This document shows positions 35,701 to 50,100 of a stretch of DNA of 64,000 bases, piece after piece. The position numbers and the translations under genes were made by a program. This DNA comes from Eledone cirrhosa (lineage: Eukaryota), in the NCBI GenBank assembly GCA_964016885.1, contig OZ024742.1, forward strand, positions 120,032,001 through 120,096,000, written 5' to 3'. The number at the start of each line of letters is the position of its first letter. Positions within the stretch are counted from its first letter, which is position 1. The notes under the pieces are model-generated. The model searched no databases. It was not told the origin of the DNA and worked only from the letters and a program-made list of their open reading frames with translations.

Positions 35701-37357
35701 TATTGGTAAATTTTCCAAAAGATTGCTTAAACATTTTCCACTATTAGACATCATAACATAGTCCATATTGAAACCCCTTACTACTATCTCTTTTCTGTGT
35801 AAAGAAGCAACTTAAACAGAAGCAAAGTTATATCATGATAAATGAAAATAAATGACTTTCCTAATTTCTTTTTATTTAGCTTAACATCTCTTATTTAGTC
35901 GATCAACACAACCTTACAAAAAAAGATGTAAAATAAACCTCATATTACAGGAAATATTTTGGAAGTTATAATGACAGCATTTCATTTTCTGCCAACTCCT
36001 TTTTTAGTTGAACTAAACAATCTCTACCTACAGTTTAGAAAGCAAGAATTCAAATCTATGTATAAACCACTTCTCATTTTCAGTTACAGAAGAAAGAAAA
36101 CAATCTAGTGACGAATAACAGTATGTCTATACTGTCAAATAGAAATTGAAAGAAATATTGCATTTATGCAAGAATTCAAGAAGATTAAGCTGCAGATTTC
36201 CAATGTATATGACAATTAGATCTACTCCACTTCTATTAATTTTCTGTCATATGAAAAGCCGATTATGACATAATGAATATTGAATTTTGACTGATTTAGA
36301 TATATTTCGAGATGTATATTAAACATACAAAGGTATGCCTTTAATAAACACACATATTTAGCCTCACCATAATATGTAGGCACAATCATTAAACCACATA
36401 GTTTTCTGTATGGCCAGAAAAATAGACTGACCTGAGATCTTTCAGAGTAGTTTGGATCTTTATTGGAGACCAGTTTTTTTTTTCATTTTCCTGATCAGAA
36501 AGAATAGTAGCTTATGGCTATACAAACTCAGAACTAAACTGGTGGCCCAAATTTACATAAAAGTACTGCAAGCAACATTATTAATTAAATATTAAAAGAA
36601 TGAAAATAAACACTTTTATCCAAACACTATACTGTGCTTCTATTAATTAATTTCCAACACTTACACTAGTTGTGCAAATTAGGAGTTTGTATATGCTATA
36701 AATAGGCTCCTATTCTCTCTGTGGTCTGGAAAATAAATAACCAATTTCTGATGAAGCAGTAAAAGATGGTGAATTATCTCAGGCTAATCTCCTTTTCTAA
36801 GACCACAGATAGAAAAAGACGAGGTTCAACCACATTATCTACTTATCATGGTAATGCTAAAAATGTATGTTTATGAATTCAACTGTTGCAAATTAATATT
36901 TGCAGATATTATATGATCTTTTATTCATTAACTGGTTTCAGACATATCACCATCATTATTGTTTTTACACCTACTTCCTACACTGGCATGGGCTGGAAAA
37001 GCTGTCCTGCTTTGAGTCCAGACAGATCAGGGAGACTCCAGCTCACTCATATGTTCGATATTTGCTATGGCTGGACGTTCTTCCTAATATCATCTACCTT
37101 ACAGAGTACATTGATTGGTTTTGTAACACCAGTACTATATATATATATTATAAAGAAGAGAGACGGTTTTAAATGTAGATCCTATGTTTATTATATAATC
37201 CTGTTATATTTAAAAGCCATTAAAATGATTGCACAATAACCCTGGAGATACTAGCCTGCCTGCTTACAAAAGTAACCATGTACATCATATGACTACTGTA
37301 GTCCCAACACGCTTCTAACTACAGTAGCATATAAAAAATAAAAACACCACAACTTAC

Positions 37358-37364
37358 CACCTGC
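37358..37364 (-). other. Weak candidate microexon (7 nt GCAGGTG, or 3 nt GTG at 37358-37360)
   Basis: tgcatg...gttctcttcag|gcag|GTG|gtaagt: a perfect donor, two tandem acceptors and an upstream TGCATG. Confidence 0.3.
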
Positions 37365-38050
37365 CTGAAGAGAACATGTCAAAGAGTTATCATGCAATCA
37401 TTTTGACATCTTTGAAATATGTATAACAGGATTATATAATAAACAAAGAGTGTTCATTTAAAACAGTCTCTCTTCTTTATAATATTGACACTCTGTTTGA
37501 TACCTTATTGATAATACTTTAAGGAGCACAAGTTGTAGAATGCTTTACATATGTTTACAACTAAAGTCTGTGGATTATTTGATCAACCAACTTTCTTCTC
37601 TTGAATTATATATATATATATATATATATATCCTGTTGTCAAGGAAAATTGATGTTAAATGATGATAATTATAATAAATCAATATCAACATCATCATTTA
37701 ATATCCATTTATCCAAGCTAGTATGGGTTAAATGAGTTATCCAACTGTGAAACAAGCCAGATTGGGTGACTGTCTAAACTCGTACAGAACTGTTTCTGAC
37801 TTGGTTTCCATTGCTGGATGCCCTTTCTCATGCCAACCACATTTAGAGTGTGGTGCTTTTTGTCATGACTCCTACTAAACTTACATGTACATGAAATGAA
37901 TATTATTAGTTTATATCACGCCTCTTTGTTTTTATTATATTAGCAAACAACATTTGATATTATTCTAGATGGACTACAAGTCAGCATTGAAAACCACATA
38001 TAGAATTATGATGATTTCACACACAGTCAGACACACTGCAAGTAAATTAC

Positions 38051-38074
38051 CAGATCTTACTTTTACTTTCCATA
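38051..38074 (-). other. Weak candidate microexon (24 nt, or 14 nt at 38061-38074)
   Basis: TACTAAC branch-point consensus at 38090-38096, then tcctccttag|TATGGAAAGTAAAA|gtaaga or ...GATCTG|gtaatt. Open in phase 1 (xWKVK..). Confidence 0.3.
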
Positions 38075-38152
38075 CTAAGGAGGACCTGTGTTAGTAAACT
38101 AGAACAATTGTAAGGTGAAAGAAGAATTTATTTAGTGGTTCCTTGTTTAATC

Positions 38153-41100
38153 TAGTCTGCAAAGTGGACAGTGGGGAAGGCCAGCACTACATATAGATAG
38201 TCAGTAAAGTGGACAGTGGGGAAGGCCAGTACTACATATAGATAGTCAGTAAAGTGGACAGTGGGGAAGGCCAGTACTACATATAGATAGTCAGTAAAGT
38301 GGGCAGTGGGGAAGGCCAGCACTACATATAGATAGTCAGTAAAGTGGACAGTGGGGAAGGCCAGCACTACATATAGATAGTCAGTAAAGTGGACAGTGGG
38401 GAAGGCCAGTACTACATATAGATAGTCAGTAAAGTGGACAGTGGGGAAGGCCAGTACTACATATAGATAGTCAGTAAAGTGGACAGTGGGGAAGGCCAGT
38501 ACTACATATAGATAGTCAGTAAAGTGGACAGTGGGGAAGGCCAGCCCTATATATAGATAGTCAGTAAAGTGGACAGTGGGGAAGGCCAGTACTACATATA
38601 GATAGTCAGTAAAGTGGACAGTGGGGAAGGCCAGTACTACATATAGATAGTCAGTAAAGTGGACAGTGGGGAAGGCCAGTACTACATATAGATAGTCAGT
38701 AAAGTGGACAGTGGGGAAGGCCAGCCCTATATATAGATAGTCAGTAAAGTGGACAGTGGGGAAGGCCAGTACTACATATAGATAGTCAGTAAAGTGGACA
38801 GTGGGGAAGGCCAGTACTACATATAGATAGTCAGTAAAGTGGACAGTGGGGAAGGCCAGTACTACATATAGATAGTCAGTAAAGTGGACAGTGGGGAAGG
38901 CCAGCCCTATATATAGATAGTCAGTAAAGTGGACAGTGGGGAAGGCCAGTACTACATATAGATAATCAATAAAGTGGACAGTGGGGAAGGCCAGCACTAC
39001 ATATAGATAGTCAGTAAAGTGGACAGTGGGGAAGGCCAGTACTACATATAGATAGTCAGTAAAGTGGACAGTGGGGAAGGCCAGCACTACATATAGATAG
39101 TCAGTAAAGTGGACAGTGGGGAAGGCCAGTACTACATATAGATAGTCAGTAAAGTGGACAGTGGGGAAGGCCAGTACTACATATAGATAGTCAGTAAAGT
39201 GGACAGTGGGGAAGGCCAGTACTACATATAGATAGTCAGTAAAGTGGACAGTGGGGAAGGCCAGTACTACATATAGATAGTCAGTAAAGTGGACAGTGGG
39301 GAAGGCCAGTACTACATATAGATAGTCAGTAAAGTGGACAGTGGGGAAGGCCAGTACTACATATAGATAGTCAGTAAAGTGGACAGTGGGGAAGGCCAGC
39401 ACTACATATAGATAGTCAGTAAAGTGGACAGTGGGGAAGGCCAGTACTACATATAGATAGTCAGTAAAGTGGACAGTGGGGAAGGCCAGTACTATATATA
39501 GATAGTCAGTAAAGTGGACAGTGGGGAAGGCCAGTACTACATATAGATAGTCAGTAAAGTGGACAGTGGGGAAGGCCAGTACTACATATAGATAGTCAGT
39601 AAAGTGGACAGTGGGGAAGGCCAGTACTACATATAGATAGTCAGTAAAGTGGACAGTGGGGAAGGCCAGTACTATATATAGATAGTCAGTAAAGTGGACA
39701 GTGGGGAAGGCCAGTACTACATATAGATAGTCAGTAAAGTGGACAGTGGGGAAGGCCAGTACTACATATAGATAGTCAGTAAAGTGGACAGTGGGGAAGG
39801 CCAGTACTACATATAGATAGTCAGTAAAGTGGACAGTGGGGAAGGCCAGTACTACATATAGATAGTCAGTAAAGTGGACAGTGGGGAAGGCCAGTACTAC
39901 ATATAGATAGTCAGTAAAGTGGACAGTGGGGAAGGCCAGTACTACATATAGATAGTCAGTAAAGTGGACAGTGGGGAAGGCCAGTACTACATATAGATAG
40001 TCAGTAAAGTGGACAGTGGGGAAGGCCAGTACTACATATAGATAGTCAGTAAAGTGGACAGTGGGGAAGGCCAGTACTATATATAGATAGTCAGTAAAGT
40101 GGACAGTGGGGAAGGCCAGTACTACATATAGATAGTCAGTAAAGTGGACAGTGGGGAAGGCCAGTACTACATATAGATAGTCAGTAAAGTGGACAGTGGG
40201 GAAGGCCAGTACTACATATAGATAGTCAGTAAAGTGGACAGTGGGGAAGGCCAGTACTACATATAGATAGTCAGTAAAGTGGACAGTGGGGAAGGCCAGT
40301 ACTATATATAGATAGTCAGTAAAGTGGACAGTGGGGAAGGCCAGTACTACATATAGATAGTCAGTAAAGTGGACAGTGGGGAAGGCCAGTACTACATATA
40401 GATAGTCAGTAAAGTGGACAGTGGGGAAGGCCAGTACTACATATAGATAGTCAGTAAAGTGGACAGTGGGGAAGGCCAGTACTACATATAGATAGTCAGT
40501 AAAGTGGACAGTGGGGAAGGCCAGTACTACATATAGTCAGTAAAGTGGACAGTGGGGAAGGCCAGTACTATATATAGATAGTCAGTAAAGTGGACAGTGG
40601 GGAAGGCCAGTACTACATATAGATAGTCAGTAAAGTGGACAGTGGGGAAGGCCAGTACTACATATAGATAGTCAGTAAAGTGGACAGTGGGGAAGGCCAG
40701 CATTACATATAGATAGTCAGTAAAGTGGACAGTGGGGAAGGCCAGCACTACATATAGATAGTCAGTAAAGTGGACAGTGGGGAAGGCCAGTACTACATAT
40801 AGGTAGCCAGTAAAGTGGTCAGTGGGGAAGGCCAGCACTACATATAGATAGTCAGTAAAGTGGACAGTGGGGAAGGCGAGTACTATATATAGATAGTCAG
40901 TAAAGTGGACAGTGGGGAAGGCGAGTACTATATATAGATAGTCAGTAAAGTGGACAGTGGGGAAGGCCAGTACTACATATAGATAGTCAGTAAAGTGGAC
41001 AGTGGGGAAGGCCAGCACTACATATAGATAGCCAGTAAAGTGGACAGTGGGGAAGGCCAGTACTACATATAGGTAGCCAGTAAAGTGGTCAGTGGGGAAG

Positions 41101-44100
41101 GCCAGCACTACATATAGATAGTCAGTAAAGTGGACAGTGGGGAAGGCCAGTACTACATATAGATAGTCAGTAAAGTGGACAGTGGGGAAGGCCAGTACTA
41201 CATATAGATAGTCAGTAAAGTGGACAGTGGGGAAGGCCAGTACTACATATAGATAGTCAGTAAAGTGGACAGTGGGGAAGGCCAGCACTACATATAGATA
41301 GTCAGTAAAGTGGACAGTGGGGAAGGCGAGTACTATATATAGATAGTCAGTAAAGTGGACAGTGGGGAAGGCGAGTACTATATATAGATAGTCAGTAAAG
41401 TGGACAGTGGGGAAGGCCAGTACTACATATAGATAGTCAGTAAAGTGGACAGTGGGGAAGGCCAGCACTACATATAGATAGCCAGTAAAGTGGACAGTGG
41501 GGAAGGCCAGTACTACATATAGGTAGCCAGTAAAGTGGTCAGTGGGGAAGGCCAGCACTACATATAGATAGTCAGTAAAGTGGACAGTGGGGAAGGCCAG
41601 TACTACATATAGATAGTCAGTAAAGTGGACAGTGGGGAAGGCCAGTACTACATATAGATAGTCAGTAAAGTGGACAGTGGGGAAGGCCAGTACTACATAT
41701 AGATAGTCAGTAAAGTGGACAGTGGGGAAGGCCAGCACTACATATAGATAGTCAGTAAAGTGGACAGTGGGGAAGGCCAGTACTACATATAGATAGTCAG
41801 TAAAGTGGACAGTGGGGAAGGCCAGTACTACGTATAGATAGTCAGTAAAGTGGACAGTGGGGAAGGCCAGTACTACGTATAGATAGTCAGTAAAGTGGAC
41901 AGTGGGGAAGGCCAGTACTACATATAGATAGTCAGTAAAGTGGACAGTGGGGAAGGCCAGCACTACATATAGATAGTCAGTAAAGTGGACAGTGGGGAAG
42001 GCCAGCACTACATATAGGTAGTCAGTAAAGTGGACAGTGGGGAAGGCCAGCACTACATTTAGATAATCAGTAAAGTGGACAGTGGGGAAGGCCAGCACTA
42101 CATATAGATAGTCAGTAAAGTGGACAGTGGGGAAGGCCAGTACTACATATAGATAGTCAGTAAAGTGGACAGTGGGGAAGGCCAGCACTACATATAGATA
42201 GTCAGTAAAGTGGACAGTGGGGAAGGCCAGCACTACATATAGGTAGTCAGTAAAGTGGACAGTGGGGAAGGCCAGTACTACATATAGATAGTCAGTAAAG
42301 TGGACAGTGGGGAAGGCCAGTACTACATATAGATAGTCAGTAAAGTGGACAGTGGGGAAGGCCAGTACTACATATAGATAGTCAGTAAAGTGGACAGTGG
42401 GGAAGGCCAGCACTACATATAGATAGTCAGTAAAGTGGACAGTGGGGAAGGCCAGTACTACATATAGATAGTCAGTAAAGTGGACAGTGGGGAAGGCCAG
42501 CACTACATTTAGATAATCAGTAAAGTGGACAGTGGGGAAGGCCAGCACTACATATAGATAGTCAGTAAAGTGGACAGTGGGGAAGGCCAGCACTACATAT
42601 AGATAGTCAGTAAAGTGGACAGTGGGGAAGGCCAGTACTACATATATATAGTCAGTAAAGTGGACAGTGGGGAAGGCCAGTACTACATATAGATAGTCAG
42701 TAAAGTGGACAGTGGGGAAGGCCAGTACTACATATAGATAATCAGTAAAGTGGACAGTGGGGAAGGCCAGCACTACATATAGATAGTCAGTAAAGTGGAC
42801 AGTGGGGAAGGCCAGTACTACATATAGATAATCAGTAAAGTGGACAGTGGGGAAGGCCAGCACTACATATAGATAGTCAGTAAAGTGGACAGTGGGGAAG
42901 GCCAGTACTACATATATATAGCCAGTAAAGTGGACAGTGGGGAAGGCCAGTACTACATATAGATAGTCAGTAAAGTGGACAGTGGGGAAGGCCAGCACTA
43001 CATATAGATAGTCAGTAAAGTGGACAGTGGGGAAGGCCAGTACTACGAATAGATAGTCAATAAAGTGGACAGTGGGGAAGGCCAGCACTACATATAGATA
43101 GTCAGTAAAGTGGACAGTGGGGAAGGCCAGTACTACATATAGATAGTCAGTAAAGTGGACAGTGGGGAAGGCCAGCACTACATATAGATAGTCAGTAAAG
43201 TGGACAGTGGGGAAGGCCAGTACTACATATAGGTAGCCAGTAAAGTGGACAGTGGGGAAGGCCAGTACTACGTATAGATAGTCAGTAAAGTGGACAGTGG
43301 GGAAGGCCAGTACTACATATAGATAGTCAGTAAAGTGGACAGTGGGGAAGGCCAGCACTACATATAGATAGTCAGTAAAGTGGACAGTGGGGAAGGCGAG
43401 TACTATATATAGATAGTCAGTAAAGTGGACAGTGGGGAAGGCGAGTACTATATATAGATAGTCAGTAAAGTGGACAGTGGGGAAGGCCAGTACTACATAT
43501 AGATAGTCAGTAAAGTGGACAGTGGGGAAGGCCAGCACTACATATAGATAGCCAGTAAAGTGGACAGTGGGGAAGGCCAGTACTACATATAGGTAGCCAG
43601 TAAAGTGGTCAGTGGGGAAGGCCAGCACTACATATAGATAGTCAGTAAAGTGGACAGTGGGGAAGGCCAGTACTACATATAGATAGTCAGTAAAGTGGAC
43701 AATGGGGAAGGCCAGCACTACATATAGATAGTCAGTAAAGTGGACAGTGGGGAAGGCCAGTACTACATATAGGTAGCCAGTAAAGTGGTCAGTGGGGAAG
43801 GCCAGCACTACATATAGATAGTCAGTAAAGTGGACAGTGGGGAAGGCCAGTACTACATATAGATAGTCAGTAAAGTGGACAGTGGGGAAGGCCAGCACTA
43901 CATATAGATAATCAGTAAAGTGGACAGTGGGGAAGGCCAGCACTACATATAGATAGTCAGTAAAGTGGACAGTGGGGAAGGCCAGTACTACATATAGATA
44001 GTCAGTAAAGTGGACAGTGGGGAAGGCCAGTACTACGTATAGATAGTCAGTAAAGTGGACAGTGGGGAAGGCCAGTACTACATATAGATAGTCAGTAAAG

Positions 44101-47100
44101 TGGACAGTGGGGAAGGCCAGTACTACGTATAGATAGTCAGTAAAGTGGACAGTGGGGAAGGCCAGCACTACATATAGATAGTCAGTAAAGTGGACAGTGG
44201 GGAAGGCCAGTACTACGTATAGATAGTCAGTAAAGTGGACAGTGGGGAAGGCCAGCACTACATATAGATAGTCAGTAAAGTGGACAGTGGGGAAGGCCAG
44301 CACTACATATAGATAGTCAGTAAAGTGGACAGTGGGGAAGGCCAGCACTACATATAGATAGTCAGTAAAGTGGACAGTGGGGAAGGCCAGTACTACATAT
44401 AGATAGTCAGTAAAGTGGACAGTGGGGAAGGCCAGTACTACATATAGATAGTCAGTAAAGTGGACAGTGGGGAAGGCCAGCACTACATATAGATAGTCAG
44501 TAAAGTGGACAGTGGGGAAGGCCAGTACTACATATAGATAGTCAGTAAAGTGGACAGTGGGGAAGGCCAGTACTACATATAGATAGTCAGTAAAGTGGAC
44601 AGTGGGGAAGGCCAGCACTACATATAGATAGTCAGTAAAGTGGACAGTGGGGAAGGCCAGCACTACATATAGATAGTCAGTAAAGTGGACAGTGGGGAAG
44701 GCCAGTACTACATATAGATAGTCAGTAAAGTGGACAGTGGGGAAGGCCAGTACTACATATAGATAGTCAGTAAAGTGGACAGTGGGGAAGGCCAGTACTA
44801 CATATAGATAGTCAGTAAAGTGGACAGTGGGGAAGGCCAGTACTACGTATAGATAGTCAGTAAAGTGGACAGTGGGGAAGGCCAGCACTACATATAGATA
44901 GTCAGTAAAGTGGACAGTGGGGAAGGCCAGCCCTACATATAGATAGTCAGTAAAGTGGACAGTGGGGAAGGCCAGCACTACATATAGGTAGCCAGTAAAG
45001 TGGTCAGTGGGGAAGGCCAGCACTACATATAGATAGCCAGTAAAGTGGACAGTGGGGAAGGCCAGCACTACATATAGATAGTCAGTAAAGTGGACAGTGG
45101 GGAAGGCCAGTACTACATATAGATAGTCAGTAAAGTGGACAGTGGGGAAGGCCAGCACTACATATAGATAGTCAGTAAAGTGGACAGTGGGGAAGGCCAG
45201 TACTACATATAGATAGTCAGTAAAGTGGACAGTGGGGAAGGCCAGCACTACATATAGATAATCAGTAAAGTGGACAGTGGGGAAGGCCAGTACTACATAT
45301 AGATAGTCAGTAAAGTGGACAGTGGGGAAGGCCAGCACTACATATAGATAATCAGTAAAGAGGACAAGGCCAGCACTACATATAGATAGTCAGTAAAGTG
45401 GACAGTGGGGAAGGCCAGTACTACATATAGATAATCAGTAAAGTGGACAGTGGGGAAGGCCAGCACTACATATAGATAGTCAGTAAAGTGGACAGTGGGG
45501 AAGGCCAGTACTACATATATATAGCCAGTAAAGTGGACAGTGGGGAAGGCCAGTACTACATATAGATAGTCAGTAAAGTGGACAGTGGGGAAGGCCAGTA
45601 CTACATATAGATAGCCAGTAAAGTGGACAGTGGGGAAGGCCAGCACTATATATAGATAGTCAGTAAAGTGGATAGTGGGGAAGGCCAGTACTACATATAG
45701 ATAGTCAGTAAAGTGGACAAGGCCAGCACTACATATAGATAGTCAGTAAAGTGGACAGTGGGGAAGGCCAGTACTACATATAGATAGTCAGTAAAGTGGA
45801 CAGTGGGGAAGGCCAGTACTACATATAGATAATCAGTAAAGTGGACAAGGCCAGCACTACATATAGATAGCCAGTAAAGTGGACAGTGGGGAAGGCCAGT
45901 ACTACATATAGATAGTCAGTAAAGTGGACAGTGGGGAAGGCCAGCACTATATATAGATAGTCAGTAAAGTGGATAGTGGGGAAGGCCAGTACTACATATA
46001 GATAGTCAGTAAAGTGGACAAGGCCAGCACTACATATAGATAGTCAGTAAAGTGGACAGTGGGGAAGGCCAGTACTACATATAGATAGTCAGTAAAGTGG
46101 ACAGTGGGGAAGGCCAGTACTACATATAGATAATCAGTAAAGTGGACAAGGCCAGCACTACATATAGATAGCCAGTAAAGTGGACAGTGGGGAAGGCCAG
46201 TACTACATATAGATAGCCAGTAAAGTGGACAGTGGGGAAGGCCAGTACTACATATATATAGCCAGTAAAGTGGACAGTGGGGAAGGCCAGTACTACATAT
46301 AGATAGTCAGTAAAGTGGACAGTGGGGAAGGCCAGTACTACATATAGATAGTCAGTAAAGTGGACAGTGGGGAAGGCCAGTACTACATATAGATAATCAG
46401 TAAAGTGGACAAGGCCAGCACTACATATAGATAGCCAGTAAAGTGGACAGTGGGGAAGGCCAGTACTACATATAGATAGTCAGTAAAGTGGACAGTGGGG
46501 AAGGCCAGTACTACATATAGATAGTCAGTAAAGTGGACAGTGGGGAAGGCCAGTACTACATATAGATAATCAGTAAAGTGGACAAGGCCAGCACTACATA
46601 TAGATAGCCAGTAAAGTGGACAGTGGGGAAGGCCAGCCCTACATATAGATAGTCAGTAAAGTGGACAGTGGGGAAGGCCAGTACTACATATTGATAGCCA
46701 GTAAAGTGGACAGTGGGGAAGGCCAGTACTACATATTGATAGCCAGTAAAGTGGACAGTGGGGAAGGCCAGTACTACATATAGATAGTCAGTAAAGTGGA
46801 CAGTGGGGAAGGCCAGTACTACATATAGATAGTCAGTAAAGTGGACAGTGGGGAAGGCCAGCACTACATATAGATAATAAGTAAAGTGGACAGTGGGGAA
46901 GGCCAGTACTACATATAGATAATAAGTAAAGTGGACAGTGGGGAAGGCCAGTACTACATATAGATAGTCAGTAAAGTGGACAGTGGGGAAGGCCAGTACT
47001 ATATATAGATAGCCAGTAAAGTGGACAGTGGGGAAGGCCAGTACTACATATAGATAGTCAGTAAAGTGGACAGTGGGGAAGGCCAGTACTACATATTGAT

Positions 47101-50100
47101 AGCCAGTAAAGTGGACAGTGGGGAAGGCCAGTACTACATATTGATAGCCAGTAAAGTGGACAGTGGGGAAGGCCAGTACAACATATTGATAGCCAGTAAA
47201 GTGGACAGTGGGGAAGGCCAGTACTACATATAGATAGTCAGTAAAGTGGACAGTGGGGAAGGCCAGCACTACATATAGATAATAAGTAAAGTGGACAGTG
47301 GGGAAGGCCAGTACTACATATAGATAATAAGTAAAGTGGACAGTGGGGAAGGCCAGTACTACATATAGATAGTCAGTAAAGTGGACAGTGGGGAAGGCCA
47401 GTACTATATATAGATAGCCAGTAAAGTGGACAGTGGGGAAGGCCAGCACTACATATAGATAATAAGTAAAGTGGACAGTGGGGAAGGCCAGTACTACATA
47501 TAGATAATAAGTAAAGTGGACAGTGGGGAAGGCCAGTACTACATATAGATAGTCAGTAAAGTGGACAGTGGGGAAGGCCAGCACTACATATAGATAGTCA
47601 GTAAAGTGAACAGTGGGGAAGGCCAGTACTACATATAGGTAGTCAGTAAAGTGGACAGTGGGGAAGGCCAGTACTACATATAGGTAGTCAGTAAAGTGGA
47701 CAGTGGGGAAGGCCAGTACTACATATAGATAGTCAGTAAAGTGGACAGTGGGGAAGGCCAGTACTACATATAGATAGTCAGTAAAGTGGACAGTGGGGAA
47801 GGCCAGTACTACATATAGGTAGTCAGTAAAGTGGACAGTGGGGAAGGCCAGTACTAGATATAGGTAGTCAGTAAAGTGGACAGTGGGGAAGGCCAGTACT
47901 ACATATAGATAGTCAGTAAAGTGGACAGTGGGGAAGGCCAGTACTACATATAGATAGTCAGTAAAGTGGACAGTGGGGAAGGCCAGTACTATATATAGAT
48001 AGTCAGTAAAGTGGACAGTGGGGAAGGCCAGCACTACATATAGATAGTCAGTAAAGTGGGCAGTGGGGAAGGCCAGCACTACATATAGATAGTCAGTAAA
48101 GTGGACAGTGGGGAAGGCCAATACTACATATAGATAGTCAGTAAAGTGGACAGTGGGGAAGGCCAGCACTACATATAGATAGTCAGTAAAGTGGACAGTG
48201 GGGAAGGCCAGCACTACATAAAGATAGTCAGTAAAGTGGACAGAGGGGAAGGCCAGCACTACATATAGATAGTCAGTAAAGTGGACAGTGGGGAAGGCCA
48301 GCACTATATATATAGATAGTCAGTAAAGTGGACAGTGGGGAAGGCCAGCACTACATATAGATAGTCATTAAAGTGGACAGTGGGGAAGGCCAGTACTACA
48401 TATAGATAGTCAGTAAAGTGGACAGTGGGGAAGGCCAGTACTACATATAGATAGTCAGTAAAGTGGACAGTGGGGAAGGCCAGTACTACATATAGATAGT
48501 CAGTAAAGTGGACAGTGGGGAAGGCCAGTACTACATATAGATAGTCAGTAAAGTGGACAGTGGGGAAGGCCAGTACTACATATAGATAGTCAGTAAAGTG
48601 GACAATGGGGAAGGCCAGTACTACATATAGATAGTCAGTAAAGTGGACAGTGGGGAAGGCCAGTACTACATATAGATAGTCAGTAAAGTGGACAGTGGGG
48701 AAGGCCAGCACTACATATAGATAGTCAGTAAAGTGGACAGTGGGGAAGGCCAGTACTACATATAGATAGTCAGTAAAGTGGACAGTGGGGAAGGCCAGCA
48801 CTACATATAGATAGTCAGTAAAGTGGACAGTGGGGAAGGCCAGCACTACATATAGATAGTCAGTAAAGTGGACAGTGGGGAAGGCCAGCACTACATATAG
48901 ATAGTCATTAAAGTGGACAGTGGGGAAGGCCAGTACTACATATAGATAGTCAGTAAAGTGGACAGTGGGGAAGGCCAGTACTACATATAGATAGTCAGTA
49001 AAGTGGACAGTGGGGAAGGCCAGCACTACATATAGATAGTCAGTAAAGTGGACAGTGGGGAAGGCCAGCACTACATATAGATAGTCAGTAAAGTGGACAG
49101 TGGGGAAGGCCAGCACTACATATAGATAGTCAGTAAAGGGGACAGTGGGGAAGGCCAGTACTACATATAGATAGTCAGTAAAGTGGACAGTGGGGAAGGC
49201 CAGTACTACATATAGATAGTCAGTAAAGTGGACAGTGGGGAAGGCCAGCACTACATATAGATAGTCAGTAAAGTGGACAGTGGGGAAGGCTAGCACTACA
49301 TATAGATAGTCAGTAAAGTGGACAGTGGGGAAGGCCAGTACTACATATAGATAGTCAGTAAAGTGGACAGTGGGGAAGGCCAGTACTACATATAGATAGT
49401 CAGTAAAGTGGACAGTGGGGAAGGCCAGCACTACATATAGGTAGTCAGTAAAGTGGACAGTGGGGAAGGCCAGCACTACATATAGATAGCCAGTAAAGTG
49501 GACAGTGGGGAAGGCCAGTACTACATATAGATAGTCAGTAAAGTGGACAGTGGGGAAGGCCAGTACTACATATAGAAAGTCAGTAAAGTGGACAGTGGGG
49601 AAGGCCAGCACTACATATAGATAGTCAGTAAAGTGGACAGTGGGGAAGGCCAGCACTACATATAGATAGTCAGTAAAGTGGACAGTGGGGAAGGCCAGCA
49701 CTACATATAGATAGTCAGTAAAGTGGACAGTGGGGAAGGCCAGTACTATATATAGATAGTCATTAAAGTGGACAGTGGGGAAGGCCAGTACTACATATAG
49801 ATAGTCAGTAAAGTGGACAGTGGGGAAGGCCAGCACTACATATAGATAGTCAGTAAAGTGGACAGTGGGGAAGGCCAGTACTACATATAGATAGTCAGTA
49901 AAGTGGACAGTGGGGAAGGCCAGCACTACATATAGATAGCCAGTAAAGTGGACAGTGGGGAAGGCCAGCACTACATATAGATAGTCAGTAAAGTGGACAG
50001 TGGGGAAGGCCAGCACTACATATAGATAGTCAGTAAAGTGGACAGTGGGGAAGGCCAGTACTACATATAGATAGCCAGTAAAGTGGACAGTGGGGAAGGC

